DNA from: Octopus vulgaris
Taxonomy: Eukaryota
Assembly (NCBI GenBank): GCA_951406725.2
Contig: OX597835.1
Span: forward strand, 16,740,001-16,804,000
DNA: 64,000 nt
Reading direction: 5' to 3'
The position numbers and the translations under genes were made by a program. Position 1 is the stretch's first letter, and each line of letters opens with the position of its first letter. Positions 30,709 through 45,604 of the stretch are shown here, piece by piece. Below the pieces are notes generated by a model. That model did no database searches, was not told where the DNA came from, and was given only the letters and a program-made list of their open reading frames with translations.

Positions 30709-31913
30709 GTTTCAAATTTTGCCACAAGCGCAGCCATTTTTGGAAGAGGGGTTGTCCGAATTTCCGTTCTGAGTTCAAATTCCATCGAGGCCGACTTTGC
30801 CTTTCATCCTTCCCGTTTTGATATATATATCAGTTGAGAACTGTGGTCAATGCGATTGATTTACCCCCACCCCTGAAGTTGCTGGCCTTGTTCCATAATT
30901 TGAAACAATAAGGCGGCGAGTCGGCAGAATCGCTCGGACGCCGGACAAAATGCTTAGCGGCATTTCGACCAAATTTACGTTCTGAGTTCAAATTCCGTCG
31001 AGGTCGACATTGCCTTTCATCCTTTCGGGGTTGATAAAATACGTACCAGTCGGGTACTAGTCAGAAATTGCTCGCCTTGTACCAAAATTTGAAACCGATA
31101 TTTATCCAGAGTGTGACACAGTGAGTTCACAGCCACTGACATTTGACAAAATCCCCAAATGCCGATATTTATGTAACATTTTATTTTTCAATTCTATGAA
31201 GTTCAGTGTTGATTAAAGCGACGAAGTGGAAGAGTCGTTAGAGCGGTGCTTGTTCCGACCCTCACTGCACCGAGTTCAATTCTCGGTGAGGTCACAGTTT
31301 TCCGTTTATCTCTTCGGAGGAGACAACACACACACACACAAACACAAAAAGAGAAATAGAGTACCGGGAGCAGGCATGGTTGTGTGCTAACAAGTTTGCT
31401 TGCCAACCACGTGGTCTTGGGTTCAGTCCCACTGCGTGGCACATTGAGCAATTGTCTTCCACTACAGCCTTAGGCTGACCAAAGACTTGTGAGTGGATCG
31501 ACAACCTGCGCTGGTGTGTTTACGTCTCTGTAACTTAGCAGTCCGGCAAAAGACACCTAAGGTACTGGGGTGTATTCATTCGACTAAAATTCCTCAAGGT
31601 GGTGCTCCGGCATGACCGCAGTCTAATGACTAAAGCGAGTAAAAGGTTGAGGATTAAAGATAACTATTTTTAAGATCAGTGAATCTCAAAGCAAATAAAG
31701 CTCTAAATGATAGCGTATCAACATTGGTTTAAAATACTTTGAGTAGAAAATGTCGAAGGCTATTGTCATATGCACAGCGAACAGCAAGAATCAACAGGAA
31801 GACTTAAATATTTATCCTTAGTTTATCCGTTCTCGCTGATTCGAACGTGAATAAGCTAATTGCTGTTGCGTTTCGTCACAAGAGAACTTTTCCATTGTGA
31901 CGAACATTAGTCC

Positions 31914-31974
31914 GGGATGCCTTGGACTGACGAGACACAATGACGTCGAAACACCGGGTATTTCAGAGTATTCT
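31914..31974 (+). ncRNA. Type I HHR, canonical core, weak stem I
   Basis: CTTGGA-CTGACGA-GAC(ACAATGAC)GTC-GAAA-CACCGGG-TA-TTTCAG, with G-U-rich distal pairing GGGATGC/GTATTCT. Confidence 0.6.
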
Positions 31975-32019
31975 TATGCTCATGCATCAAATGTGTTGGG
32001 AACACACATTCATCTAAGA

Positions 32020-32602
32020 CAGTGGTTCTTAAACTTTTCAAAAAAATTTACGTGCCGGTCTCCTTATAGCTTGTTTGATGATTCGTGGTCCATTATAAAA
32101 TGCAGGATAATCAAGATGGGAGAAAATGACATACGTTCGTGTACCGTAATATGCGGATTATGAACCGCACTGCCCTTAGACCCAGAAACCCGAATACCAC
32201 AACTTAATAAAGGCAATGCCCCACTGGGATAAACAAACGCTCATGAAAATATAGGGAATCAGTTGATCCATTGGTTACAAACCAAATGAGAAACGAAAAA
32301 GAAAAAATTTCGACAGCATATGCGCAATCAACCATTATACCTGCATATTTTCTATTGGCCAATCAACCTTGTTGTATAACAAGTGTGGTTAGCAAATGAA
32401 TGTGTAGGAGTGGTGTGGGGGTTTTGGGGCCAACGACAAAACGGGATGATAGCATGTGGAAAATTGAAAAAGACTTGAAATGTTAAAACTTAACTGTCTG
32501 AAGCCATCTCATTTTCACGATACTTCAAAGTCCCCTTGCGAGCCCCCTAAAATCGCTTCGAGGTCCCCTAGGGAACCGTGGACCCTAGTTTGAGAACCAC
32601 TG
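32020..32602. mobile_element. hAT (Charlie-type) non-autonomous element
   Basis: TIRs CAGTGGTTCTTAAACT / AGTTTGAGAACCACTG and imperfect 8-bp TSD atctaaga/gtctaaaa. Confidence 0.72.
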
Positions 32603-33739
32603 GTCTAAAAAGTGCTGTTTTCCTAAGAGGAAATACAACAGGCGCAGGAGTGGCAGCGTGGTAAGTAGCTTGCTTACCAATCACATGGTTCCGGGTTCAG
32701 TCCCACTACGTGACACCTTGGGCAAGTGTCTTCTACTATAGCCTCGGGCCGACCAAAGCCTTATGAGTGGATTTGGTAGACGGAAACTGAAAGAAGCCCG
32801 TTGTATATATGTATATATATATATATGTGTGTGTGTATGTTGTGTATCTGTGTTTGTCCCCCCCCCCCCAGCGTCGCTTGACAACCGATGCTGGTGTGTT
32901 TAGGTCCCCGTTACTTAGCGGTTCGGCAAAAGAGACCGATAGAATAAGTACTAGGCTTACGAAGAATAAGTCCTGGGGTCGATTTGATTCGACTAAAGGC
33001 GGTGCTGCAGCATGGCCGCAGTCAAATGACTGAAACACGTAAAAGAGTAAAAGAGTAAAAGAGTAATTCGCATTTTCATGTTCGAACGTGTGGAAACGTT
33101 TTTAAGAACAAATATGGTGGTCGTTGTTGCTTAAGTTCAGTCTGGTAGTAGACGCTTGTCTATGACGCCATGCTGTGGAATAAAACCAGTGACCTCGTGG
33201 TTGAGAAGCAACCGTCTGAAACCATTCGACTATATGGCTAATACGACCGGACCAAAGATTGTTCTAAATTGAAAGTACTTTGTCAACAAGTCGACAATCA
33301 ATGACTCTCAAGGAGAACTTGATATTTTCGGATAATTCTTTTATTTCAAACAGAAATTGATAGATCTTTAACTGGTGGTCGCTAACCGAAAGTATCAACA
33401 ATTTATCTCAATTATTTTCTCTCTTTTATTCCGTTAATATTTCTTTAGATACAAAGAGGGAAAAAAAAAAAAAGAAAAACAAGAAAACGAAAAAGGAAAA
33501 AAGTAAACAAAGAAAAAATGATGTTTTGGCATCATTGACCGTTCCCTAGAACTGGAGACAGACGTTTGTTACTTGCTAAGAAAACACTTTGATAATAGAT
33601 GGTTCCATACAAAAGCTTACTCGCAGAGTTTTTCTTCGAATTATGTTTGAAGAATAACCACGACAGAACAATAAATCTATTTCTTTTATCATGATATATC
33701 ACAATGTATGACGTCTAGCTTTATCATCCACCCCCTCTT

Positions 33740-33777
<38 letters not shown>

Positions 33778-34157
33778 CCTGTCTATTTGTCTGTCTGTCT
33801 GTCTGTCGCTCTCTTGCTCTTTTCTTCCATTCTATAGCTCTTTCTATGTAGCTTTCTTAATTTCTGTACTTCTCTCTCTCCCTCCCCTTCTCTCTATGTC
33901 TCTTCCTCTCTCTATGTCTCTTCCTCTCTCTATGTCTCTTCCTCTCTCTATGTCTCTTCCTCTCTCTATGTCTCTTCCTCTCTCTATGTCTCTTCCTCTC
34001 TCTATGTCTCTTCCTTTCTCTATGTCTCTTCCTTTCTCTCTCTCTCTCCCCATCCTTCTGTCTGTTTGCCTGTCTGCCGCTCTCTTGCTTTTTTCTTCCA
34101 TTCTATGTCTCTATGTCGCTTTCTTAATTTTTGTATTTCTCTTTCTCCCTCCCCCTC

Positions 34158-34249
<92 letters not shown>

Positions 34250-34707
34250 TTTCCTTCCATTCTGTCTCACTTTCCATGCCGCTTTCTTAATTTCTGCATT
34301 TCTCTCCCTCCCTCCCTCCCCCTCTCTTTCTATGTCTTTCTCTCTCTCACTCGCTCTCCCTCTCTCTCTAATAGTCATTTTCATTTTTATCCTCTTTACC
34401 TTCCAGTATCACTGTAAATTTCTCTCTCTCTCTCTCTCTCTCACCCACTTTCTCCGTTCTACTCTTTCTATATATGGCTCTCCCTCTCAACATCACTCTC
34501 TCTTTCTGTTACTCGATTCCTACTAGTCTCTTTCTTTCTCATTCCCACTTTGTGGCTGTCTATCATTGCCTCTCTCTCTCTCTCTGTATATCTCTCTCCT
34601 CTTCTGTCACGGTCTTTCTATTCCTCTCTCTATGTCTCTTTCTATCTCATTCTCTCTATCATTCTCCCTCTCTCTGTCTGCCCCTCTCTTTTCCACACCC
34701 TGCCTTT

Positions 34708-34827
<120 letters not shown>

Positions 34828-34846
34828 ATATCTATCTATATCTATC

Positions 34847-34914
<68 letters not shown>

Positions 34915-35171
34915 ATATATATATATATATGTATGTATGAATGTATGTATGAATGTATGCATGTACGTATGTATGTGTTAGCTCCTACACGCATTTTTTT
35001 CTCTCTTTGTTTCTCTCCTTGTTTTTTTCTGTGAATCTTTCTGTTGAAGAGCGTAGGCTCGAAACGTAAAAAGACTTTTTCTATTTCTATTCCTGAGCGC
35101 TATACTAATACATTTGTTTGTTTGTACTCCACCTACCTTTCGTCTTTTGTTTATTTTCGTAAACTTTCCCG

Positions 35172-35232
<61 letters not shown>

Positions 35233-35423
35233 CAATAATTGATTTTCGTTATTTTTCCTCTCTGCCTGCGTGGGTTGTTTTCGAGTACTTTGTTTTTGTC
35301 CGGGAGTCTTTTTTTAAAGTAGAGGAAATAGTTAAGGTCCTTATGGCTGCTATTTCTAAATTTCGTTATGTGGTAAAGCAAATCTTTGCTGAACCCTAAT
35401 TATTAACAACAAATATTTAAACG

Positions 35424-35494
<71 letters not shown>

Positions 35495-35554
35495 GGGAGA
35501 GAGAGAGAGAAGAGTTAAAATTATATATATATATATATATATATAAATAGAATT

Positions 35555-35590
<36 letters not shown>

Positions 35591-36348
35591 TGTGTGTGCG
35601 TGTGCACACAAATTTTGGCGCCCGTAGGCTGCGTCAGTGCCCGGCTATTACACCAAGAATACAGACGTGTAGTGCGCACTCGTCGGATTCTCATTCTCAC
35701 GCAAGATGACCTAACGCATCGAGTAAAAATATTGCATCAAGTTTTGCCAAAGGCTTGGAGGTACACAAGCTCAAACCACCCGAAGGATTCAGCAAGCCTT
35801 TGGCGATGATACCATGGGCAAAACTCCGATCAAAGAGTCGTACTACTATTTCAAACATGGCTGCATCTCAGTGGACAGCGGGACATGCTCAAGTAGGACG
35901 TTCACAAGCTGAGACGATGAGCTGATTGAAAAGGTTCAGCGAATAGTCATCGAAGACCGTCGTTTAACAACCCAGGAAATTACTTACGAAGTAGGAATAA
36001 GCAGAAGATCAGTGCATCCCAGTTTAACTGAGGATTTGTGCATGCGGAGAATGTTGGCAAAAAAAAAAGAGAGAAAATGTCGGATACTTTTTGAGGCTTT
36101 CTTCGTCAAGAACAACACATCACTTGTTCGACAAGCTTCCTGCTTTCCCGACTTGGTAATTTGTGACTTCTGGCTCTTCCTCATACTGAAAGGGAAGTGA
36201 TTTTTGCGATGAGGGGTGGAGCTTCATTTCATTCTGGAGGTGTTCCAGGGGTGTTACCAACAGTGGCAGAAACGCTGGCAGAAGTGTGCGAATACTGAAG
36301 GGGCGTATTGTGAATGCGATTAAATAAATTTGTGAAATCTACAGAATT

Positions 36349-36649
36349 ACGGAGATGTACTTGCATAGCAAGTGATTTGATCTGAGATCGTGTGCTGAAA
36401 CGAAAACAATTGCAGCGTGGAAGGTGTTTGTAAGCCATTTAAGAAACACACAAAAGCCGTTCGATTCACTTCAACATTTAAGTTTAATTTGTCAAAATAT
36501 TTTCGTCCACGGATTTTTGTCAGTAAACAGGTCGCGGTCTTAAAGCGACGAAAATATTTTGACAAATTAAACTTAAATGTTGAAGTGAATCGAACGGCTT
36601 TTGTGTGTTTCTTGAATGGCTTACAAACACCTTCCACGCTGCAATTGTT
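36349..36649. mobile_element. Penelope-type fold-back insertion with 12-bp TSD inside a mariner
   Basis: ~100-bp inverted arms 36405-36649 and ATCTACAGAATT at 36337-36348 and 36650-36661. The same family occurs at 7969-8113. Confidence 0.65.
36516..36566 (+). ncRNA. Minimal HHR, same G3-C8 family, G5A-mutated copy
   Basis: TTTGTCA-GTAAACA-G-GTCGC(..)GCGAC-GAAA-ATAT-TT-TGACAAA inside the fold-back 36405-36649. Confidence 0.55.
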
Positions 36650-38062
36650 ATCTACAGAATTGTTTTTTTTTATGCCCAAACGTCTGTCTGATACTTTTTG
36701 AACGCACCTCGTAGAAGCATTTCAACAACAATGGAAGCATATAAACCATACTACAAAGTAATGTGTCTGGATTACATTGCGTAATTAAACCTGTGTAAGG
36801 GTGAAACTTGTATGGGGAATGTGTATAGAGTGATAGGTTGCGTAAGGGTGGAGGATCGTTGGCAAAGAGATGGAAATGTGTATGTGTAGTGGATAATAGG
36901 CAGACGTGTGATGGACTCCAGAGATAGTAAAGTCATGTACAACGTAAACCTGTAAGTAGCTTGGAAAATTGTTGAATAAGCTTCTTTTGGTGGACATGAA
37001 GAAATTTACTCCATGTTCGTATTTAATAGATTGTGAGGTTATGTAAATATATTGAATTTTTCGGATAAGCATAAGTAGCACATATTGCCGTTGAGAGCGT
37101 TTTCGATAATAAACCATTTAGTTAAGTTATGTCTTTTAAACTCCAGAATTTGTTCGAAAGTGTTGTTGCTGATATCTCATTTTCATGCCTAAACGTGTGT
37201 ATATGCTGAACGTATCTGGATTTGAATGAGTGCTCTGTAAAACTTTGTATTGTTATTATTATTATTAGAGGGAAACCGTGGCACAGTTGGGAAATTTTAT
37301 CGAATAAAGGATTGCCAACTCAGAAGAGTGGAATTCTTTGAGCATCGAAAGAGAAGCTTTTCGATATCTGTTCCGGATTCTGTGCATTCATAGCTCAAAT
37401 TCTGTTATGTTAGCCTAAAAATGATAATACTACTTTCAAGGAGTTGCAACAACAGAAGTAGCTTTTACTAATATATGCTTTATAATCCTCACACTACACA
37501 GACACACACACACACGTAATTACATATATGTATATATAGAAAATGCAAACTCGTCTGTAAAGTATATAGCTATGCAGGTGTGTATGTGTATATACATGTA
37601 CATATGTATGTATACATACACACACATACAAATACACACACATACATACATACATACATACATACAAACATACATACATACATACGTACGTACATACATA
37701 CGTACGTACATACATACATACATACATACATACATACATACATACATACATACATACATACATACATACATACGTACGTACATACGTACATACACACATC
37801 CTCGTTTGAACTACAATCTTCGCAACTCCATACTAGCCCTTTTTCACACAAACACATACACACACAGAAATGTATATATGTACCTACACTCACGCAACAC
37901 ACACACGCATACACACACAGATACACAAATACACACACTAATACACAAACACACACACACACACACATGCACAGAGAATTAGCTATCATATGTATGATGG
38001 AGATGAATGGATAGGTAAACAGACAGGTAACGAAATAGAATGCTAAAGAGATAGCAAGGTAG

Positions 38063-38115
<53 letters not shown>

Positions 38116-38142
38116 ATAGATAGATAGGGAGAGGGAGAGGGC

Positions 38143-38174
<32 letters not shown>

Positions 38175-38247
38175 CAGAATGGTAGAAGGAAGAAGGAAGG
38201 TTGAATATGAGAGAGCGAAGGAGGGGAAACGTAAACGCAACGCCTAC

Positions 38248-38323
38248 CTGTCTGTTTCACAACCAGGTGAAAACTTGGTTTCCTTTTAACGCCTTCCAGA
38301 TACTCAGCAAGGTTTATATAATG
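38248..38323 (-). CDS. Candidate exon (phase 0 to 1), or the end of a first exon starting at ATG 38341
   Basis: ctattgcag|CAT...CAG|gtaggc. HYINLAEYLEGVKRKPSFHLVVKQT bridges exon 43085 to exon 23891 in phase. No recognisable homology. Confidence 0.3.
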
Positions 38324-38612
38324 CTGCAATAGCAACGACATACTATAAAGCTATTCACGCGTACTCCTTAGCGAGTTTTTCGTGCTCGTGTTCAAATACT
38401 TGATACTCTTTCGGTGCCAGCTCTACATGCTTTTTTTTTGCGTATGCATGTGCGTTAGTATTATATTGTGTATATGTCTGTATTTTGCTTTGTGTATGCG
38501 TAAGAGTATGTGATTTTGTCTGTTTGTATGAGAGTGTATCTATATAGTCATACCTTAATGAAAATGAAATATATGAATATATGAACGCGGTTGTATTACT
38601 TTCACCCATACG

Positions 38613-38643
<31 letters not shown>

Positions 38644-38650
38644 TATGATA

Positions 38651-38769
<119 letters not shown>

Positions 38770-38928
38770 GATAGATATATACATAAATACACACACACAT
38801 ATATACGAAAAGACAAAGAGAGTAAAGGAGAAAGAGGAGAAGGAAAAGAGGAGAGAGAGGGAGAGGAAGAGATGGGTAGAGAGAGTCAAATGCCTAAAAC
38901 TGTAACTCAACGTATATATATGCATTTA

Positions 38929-39004
<76 letters not shown>

Positions 39005-39164
39005 GCATGATCTATATATATGTGTATATTTTTGTGTGTATATATATATATATATGTATATACATACGTATATATATATATGTATATATATATATACACA
39101 TTTACATACATAGATGCATATACATATACATACATACATATATATATATATATGTATATATATG

Positions 39165-39219
<55 letters not shown>

Positions 39220-39678
39220 CTAAATATATAAAAAATACCTATAGATATTCGGTTATAGACAATTACATTGGCGCGCCGATACACCAATAAATGGCGACAT
39301 ACATAAAAAGACAAATATTATACAGATACGTTTGCATGGTTGCATATAATATGGATACAGATAGATACCAGAGATATGTGAACGATCTATTAGTAGTATG
39401 CTGATATATGGTTAGCACACGGATATAAAGATACAACGGTATAGACATATAAATCGGAAATATAGAGACAAAGAAAAATGTAGAGGCTTAAAGGAATATG
39501 GATTAAAATATATATATGGACATCAATATGCGTTGAAGCCTGAGTGTGTGGAGATATTGGTAAATGCACACTTAAGACGAAAATGCTTGTACGTATATCA
39601 AACATATAACTCCTTGTACATATAGATAGACAATACAGCTAAACATATAACTATTTCTTTTTTGACTTCGTATATATC

Positions 39679-39742
<64 letters not shown>

Positions 39743-39846
39743 ATACATATAATATATATGCATGTGTATGTATATATATATATATGTGTGTGTGTTTGAG
39801 CGTGTGTATGTTTATATATATGCATGTGTATATATGCATGTGTATG

Positions 39847-39883
<37 letters not shown>

Positions 39884-40004
39884 TTGTGGCACGGAGCAGT
39901 ATTGAATGAAATATATTAGTGATAGGTCATATTCAAACCGTTCGAATGAACTCGGACGAGAGAAGACCTTCCTCTGCGGAGTTAAGAACAGAGTTATTTT
40001 TATT

Positions 40005-40255
40005 TAATGATGGGGCTTATAAGCCCTCGACAGAAAAAAAGTAGGTTTTCTCGCACGCGTTGGATTCCAACCCACACCTCTTTGTTTACGCGACCAAGTG
40101 TGCTACCGTTGACGCGTAAACAAAGAGGTGTGGGTTCGCGTCCCATGCATACGGGAAAGCCTACATTTTTGCTGTTGAGGGCTTATAAGACCCATTATTA
40201 GACTATTTTGTTTAGTAATTGAGCGGTGATCGCTTATAAGCTTTAAGCTTATAAA
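40005..40255. mobile_element. tRNA-headed element in head-to-head inverted form (also 7292-7752 and 23093-23270)
   Basis: Shared arm GTCGAGGGCTTATA..CCCCATTATTAGACTA..CGGTGATCGCT..AAGCTT, with a central tRNA-like GGTAGCACACTTGGTCGCGTAAAC...GGGTTCG.GTCC. Confidence 0.6.
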
Positions 40256-40258
40256 AGA

Positions 40259-40348
<90 letters not shown>

Positions 40349-40602
40349 ATATAACTAATGTAGGATAAAATTTTTTTCGAAAAAAAAAACTTTTATCAAT
40401 GGCCAGCATATCAAAAAATACCCTTAAAGGTTAAATGTATAAATAACTTACAAAATAAGAGCAAAAGAAAATTTCTAATGCCAAATATGCCAAGTCAATG
40501 ACCATTATAATTTATGCGTCTCGAAACAAACCGATTTTGTCTTTTTTTCGGCATATTTGGCATTAGAATTTTTCTTTTGCCCTTATTTTGTAAGTTATAT
40601 AT

Positions 40603-40652
<50 letters not shown>

Positions 40653-41605
40653 TAAGATACAGATTTGATATTATAACACCTAAAACCAAAAGAAACTTGA
40701 AGAATAATAATCTTGACATGAAGCAAATCTATGACAAATTATCAACAATGTTGTGAGCCTGAAGATGGTGAGTTAATATCTTACGACCTAGTTTGTGGAG
40801 ACCTAGATTTCGGTGATCTGCAGTATGATGGCCTGGAGCTGGGTGATTTTTATACCTGGTATTCTAGAATACGGTATATCTGTGTATAACTAGCTGTATA
40901 ACGGGTTGTACAAAGGGCTCTATAACGGGCTGTGATATGGTGGCATAGGGTATGGTGATCTGGAATATGGTGACTTAAGGAAACGGGGATCGAAAATACG
41001 GTGACGTTCTACAGCAATTTACAATGTGGTGACCTTAGTTGGTGACTTCAGTGTGGTGACCTGCAATATGGCGATCTGCAATAGGTGGACTTATAAAGTA
41101 AAGTCGACATTTTTTTTAAAATATAGAAGCACTGTTATACTAGCGAGGCAAAATCTTGATTATTTCGTAGCATTATGGAATAATGTTACCATAACAACAA
41201 ACTTCGAAATAATGGCAATATGGCAATATAGCAGTTGTAGTAGAAAAAAGCATTTGTATTAGTAGTAATAGCATGAAAAATAATAACAATAACAACAACA
41301 ACAATAATATTAATGATAATAACAACAGCAAAAGCAATAACAACTACAACAGCAACAACAATAACAACAAGAATAGTCCTTTCTACAAAAGACACAAGGC
41401 CTCAAACATTTGGGGAGGGGACTAGTCGATTACATCGACCCCAGTTTTTTCACTGGTACTTGATTTATCGACTTCGAAAGGATGAAAGGTAAAGTCGACC
41501 TCGGAGGAAATTGAACTCGGAACGTAAAGACGAAATGCCGCTATGCATTTTGCCCAGTGTGTTGACGATTCTGCCAGCTCACCGCAATAATAATAATAGT
41601 AATAT

Positions 41606-41726
<121 letters not shown>

Positions 41727-41994
41727 TATTATTATGGTTTCAAATTTTGCCACAAGGGAAGCCATTTTGAGGAAGGAGATCGACCCCAATTTTTCACTGG
41801 TACTTGATTTATAGACTTCGAAAGGATAAAAGGCAAAGTCGACTTCGGCGGAATTTGAACTCAGAACGTAGCTACGGGCGAAATACATACATGTGTGCAT
41901 GTATATTATCCCGAGACATCTATCTTAAAATATGAATATATATTATTTTTTTCATTTTAAGATATAAGCTTCAGGGTGTTTTAATTCAGCTAAT

Positions 41995-42240
41995 CTCCGA
42001 GCTGTCCAAAGATATGATAGTCGGAAGGAGCTAGATCTAGGCTGTAGGTAGGGTGTTCCGGCACCTCAAAACCCAATCGGTTAATGGATGTGTGGGCGTA
42101 CATTGTCATGCCACAACGAGACTTTTTTCGGCAACAGGCTTGGGCGTTTGGTGCGAATTGCTGGCCTCAGTTTGTTGGCCAGCAAAACACTGTATCTTGC
42201 ACCATTGATCGTACACCCCTTTTACAGAGAAATCGGACCT
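41995..42240 (-). mobile_element. Mariner transposase catalytic-domain remnant
   Basis: KLRPAIRTKRP...WHDNVRPH and LGFEVPEHPTYSLDLAPSDYHIFG (YSPDLAP motif). Confidence 0.8.
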
Positions 42241-42698
42241 CTGCTCTTTATTCTTCTTTGGTGCACATTGCTAGTGGAATGGCCATGCTTACACTGTAAT
42301 GCCAAAAAGAAATAAATGGCGCGATCAGGCTCAAACCTCGATCACGTGACCACAATAGTACCAACAATAAGCATGCGTGCGCAGAAGGCAGTGTGACATT
42401 AATGAAGATATGTTATAGCGAAAGTGAATGTTTGACTTCCACTCGTATATATTAACGTATACAAATTCAAATATCTGGTTCTCGTATTTTATTGTAAGTA
42501 ACTGAACATCAACATTCCCTGGGCCTTTTAGCCTTGGATCTAATTCCCTTACAGAATCAGACACCGTGTATAACAGCAAGTCTGGACCGTTTGAATGACA
42601 AGCACAATTAATCTGTCGAATTTCCGCACAGTTTCCATCTACTGAATTCTACCGAGATATCTTCGGTGGGCCCAAAGCTGCAGTTGAAGCGACTTACT

Positions 42699-43030
42699 TA
42701 GGTTAAGTTAAGTTAATTTTTTGGCTCAAAAAGCAAAAAGCAAGGCCATGTAGGGGGACATGGAGTTATGTACAGGGTGGTGTTCATGCAAAGAGTTCAG
42801 GCCATTTCTGGTCAAGGAGACTTTGAACCGAGCGGTTGTCAGTATCTTCACTATCTCGTCCGGCAGCTTATTCCACGGATCCGCAACCCGGACGGAGAAA
42901 GCCCCTCTCCTTCGATTGAGATGAAATCGTCGCAGATAGAGCTTTTCGGAGTGACCCCGGAAACCCCAAAGCCCCGAGATTTCGAGGCGAATTTTATTCC
43001 CCTGCCACACACCATTCCGGCCATGCTTGC
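42699..43030 (-). mobile_element. CR1-like LINE 3' end
   Basis: RGHSEKL...RRGAFSVRVADPWNKLPDEIV...FK, ending in a short (TTAAC)n tail. Confidence 0.7.
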
Positions 43031-43084
43031 ACCCAAACAACAACACGAAGACAAATAACACAAAGATACCAATTCTGTACTCAC

Positions 43085-43151
43085 CACTATTTCAATTATG
43101 TTATAATCATTGAGAATACCAACTAGATGGGCAGTGTTGTAATCGATTAAC
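43085..43151 (-). CDS. Cadherin-23-like gene, exon (end of membrane-adjacent domain), phase 2 to 0
   Basis: actttcag|G...GTG|gtgagt. LIDYNTAHLVGILNDYNIIEIV resembles CDH23 MIDENKEQLRNLFRNYNVLDV. Confidence 0.86.
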
Positions 43152-43202
43152 CTGAAAGTAGAAGAAAATAGAGAAGCGGGCAGGTTAAATAGTTATTCTA
43201 CT

Positions 43203-43244
<42 letters not shown>

Positions 43245-43420
43245 TTTTAGTTCTTGTTCAGCCATGATGGAGGAGGCCTATGATCAAAGATATTCTGGCC
43301 AAGACTGTTCTGTTCTGTTAGTAATGACGTTATGAAAAGCAATACTTTTGAAGTGGGAAACCAACAAGTACAGACGTGTGTCCAGTGTTGGTTGACCACA
43401 CACGCATACGCACGCACACG

Positions 43421-43462
<42 letters not shown>

Positions 43463-43604
43463 TAGGCACACACACGCACGCAAGCACGCACACGTACGCA
43501 CGCACACGTACGCACGCACACGTACGCACGCACACGTACGCACGCACACGTACGCACGCACACGTACGCACGCACACGTACGCACGCACACGTACGCACG
43601 CACA

Positions 43605-43636
<32 letters not shown>

Positions 43637-43657
43637 CACGCACGCACGCACGCACGC

Positions 43658-43696
<39 letters not shown>

Positions 43697-44656
43697 CTCA
43701 CACACACACAAAAAATCCCAAGAAAATGAAAAAAAACCATCAAAAACAAAAAAAACATGACCAAATGGCGGTGCCCCAGCATGGCCACAGCTCGTGAGCT
43801 GAAACTAGATAAAATAAAAAAAATAAAAATGACCAAATGACCAAACTAACCCACCTAACCCCTCAAAACCTGCAATTAGTGAGCAGGTCATGATTTTGAG
43901 GGTTTCAAACGGAAAGGGATACAATGCAACTTTCGTTTTCAGTGTTGTCATTCCTGCATTAATCAACCTTGCTGACCACACAAAAGAGGGAATTGCTCAT
44001 TATTTAAAAGTACTTATTTCTTTACTACCCACAAGGGGCTAAACACAGAGGGGACAAACAAGGACAGACAAACGGATTAAGTCGATTAGCCGCCTTTTAC
44101 TATATATACTTTACTTAAAAGTATAGTCATGCACAGGGAAGAAGGCATTCTGTATATTTCTCATTTTACTCGTCCCAATCATAAGAGTGAAGGCAGTTAT
44201 TGATAAGAAGAGTTGAAATGAACGGAAGCAACATTTCACAGCTCTACCCATCACTCCTTCAAAGTCGGACTCTCAACTTTTCAGCTCACCCTCCTTAACG
44301 TGTGTGCGTACGTGCGTGTGTGTGTGTGTGCGTGCGTGTATATATGTGTGTGGGAGAGAGTGTGTGTGTGTGTATGTATCTTTTATCTTCTCTGGCTTTA
44401 GTCTAAAGCCAAGGCTGTGCTGGGGGCATCGCCTTTCAGCGTGATTGGATGTCTTTTCCGTATTGTTTCTGGTGAAGTAGCGGAGCTCTTGTTCTTTGTG
44501 CCTCCTGCTGAGATGTGGGCTCATCTGGTATCCCATACACACACACACACACTTACATACATACATACATACATACACATTCAAAATGTGACCGCGTGCG
44601 TGCCGTTGGCGATTTTTTCCCTCCGTCTTCCCTTCTTTAGATCTTCCCTTTCCTAT

Positions 44657-44691
44657 GTTTCTGACGAAGAGCTCCGCTCGAAACGTTAAAC
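44657..44691 (+). ncRNA. Minimal type I HHR, canonical core
   Basis: GTTT-CTGACGA-A-GAGC(TCC)GCTC-GAAA-CG-TT-AAAC, in an element (~44577-44800) flanked by (TACA)n. Confidence 0.75.
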
Positions 44692-44853
44692 CCTCCTTCT
44701 TTCTTTCCTGAGCGTCCAATAATACTATACTTGTTCCACGTCCTTGTGTTGTTGTGTTTTCTCTTTGTGTTTTCATGTTTGGATTAACTTTGGATTAACT
44801 GTACATACATACATACATACATACATACATACATACATACATACATACATACA

Positions 44854-44889
<36 letters not shown>

Positions 44890-44894
44890 TGGCC

Positions 44895-45298
44895 AAAAAA
44901 TTATGTAGACTCTTTTGAAGATCTCCACATCTGCACCTCGCAAATCTCTGTGGCTGTTTGGTTGAATAGTCGTGGACCCTTGAAACTCAGGGTGTTACAG
45001 AACTGGGTCTGTAGTCTGGATGGGGTAGGGGGATCTTTGGTACTATGCAGTGCCGTCCACTTCGGTGGTCGGTACAACTTTCAATTCCAAAGTAAGGGAG
45101 CTTGACCTTCCAGGATATTTCATATGTGTACAACTGCATATCTTTAACGCTTTCTTTTTTAAGTTGAGCTTCAGTTCTTTAAACCTCTCTCAGTGGCTCA
45201 TCTGTTGCACCGACACAATCTCCTTAATGTAGAGAGGTCGGATTGCCTCAAGTTCCGTCACCAGTTTGACACTCTTCAGTGACCACTGTTGGGAACGG
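44895..45298 (-). mobile_element. Degenerate LINE (CR1/Jockey-like) C-terminal fragment
   Basis: Fragmentary WS..ELEAI..ER.KELKL..KILEG..P...GRHC..PK...SFKGPRLFN with stops and frameshifts. Confidence 0.55.
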
Positions 45299-45368
45299 TT
45301 ATATATATATATTTATATACTCACATACACACAGACACAGATACAGACACACAGACACACACGCACAC

Positions 45369-45440
<72 letters not shown>

Positions 45441-45573
45441 CCTTAAACGTGGGATATATCTACGCTGGAATGATGTGTGATATATACACTACACCATGGA
45501 TTCTATACGCTTTAGTGTGATATGCTTAAACACACACATGCTTATCCATACGCACACACATTAAACCATGCGT

Positions 45574-45604
<31 letters not shown>

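Larger units (their letters stand above)
35700..36713 (+). mobile_element. Internally deleted mariner transposon
   Basis: CIKFCQRLG...FKHG..SV...EDRRLT.QEI..EVGIS, PDLVICDFWLF and QQWQKRWQKC...EGAY, plus right TIR ...CTTTTTGAACGCACCTCG + TA. A homologous scrap lies at 15764-15910. Confidence 0.82.

Noticed and set aside
45235-45285. Minus-strand CTGAAGA...GGAAC hammerhead-like fold
   Set aside because: The core is imperfect and the sequence is explained as LINE coding remnant.
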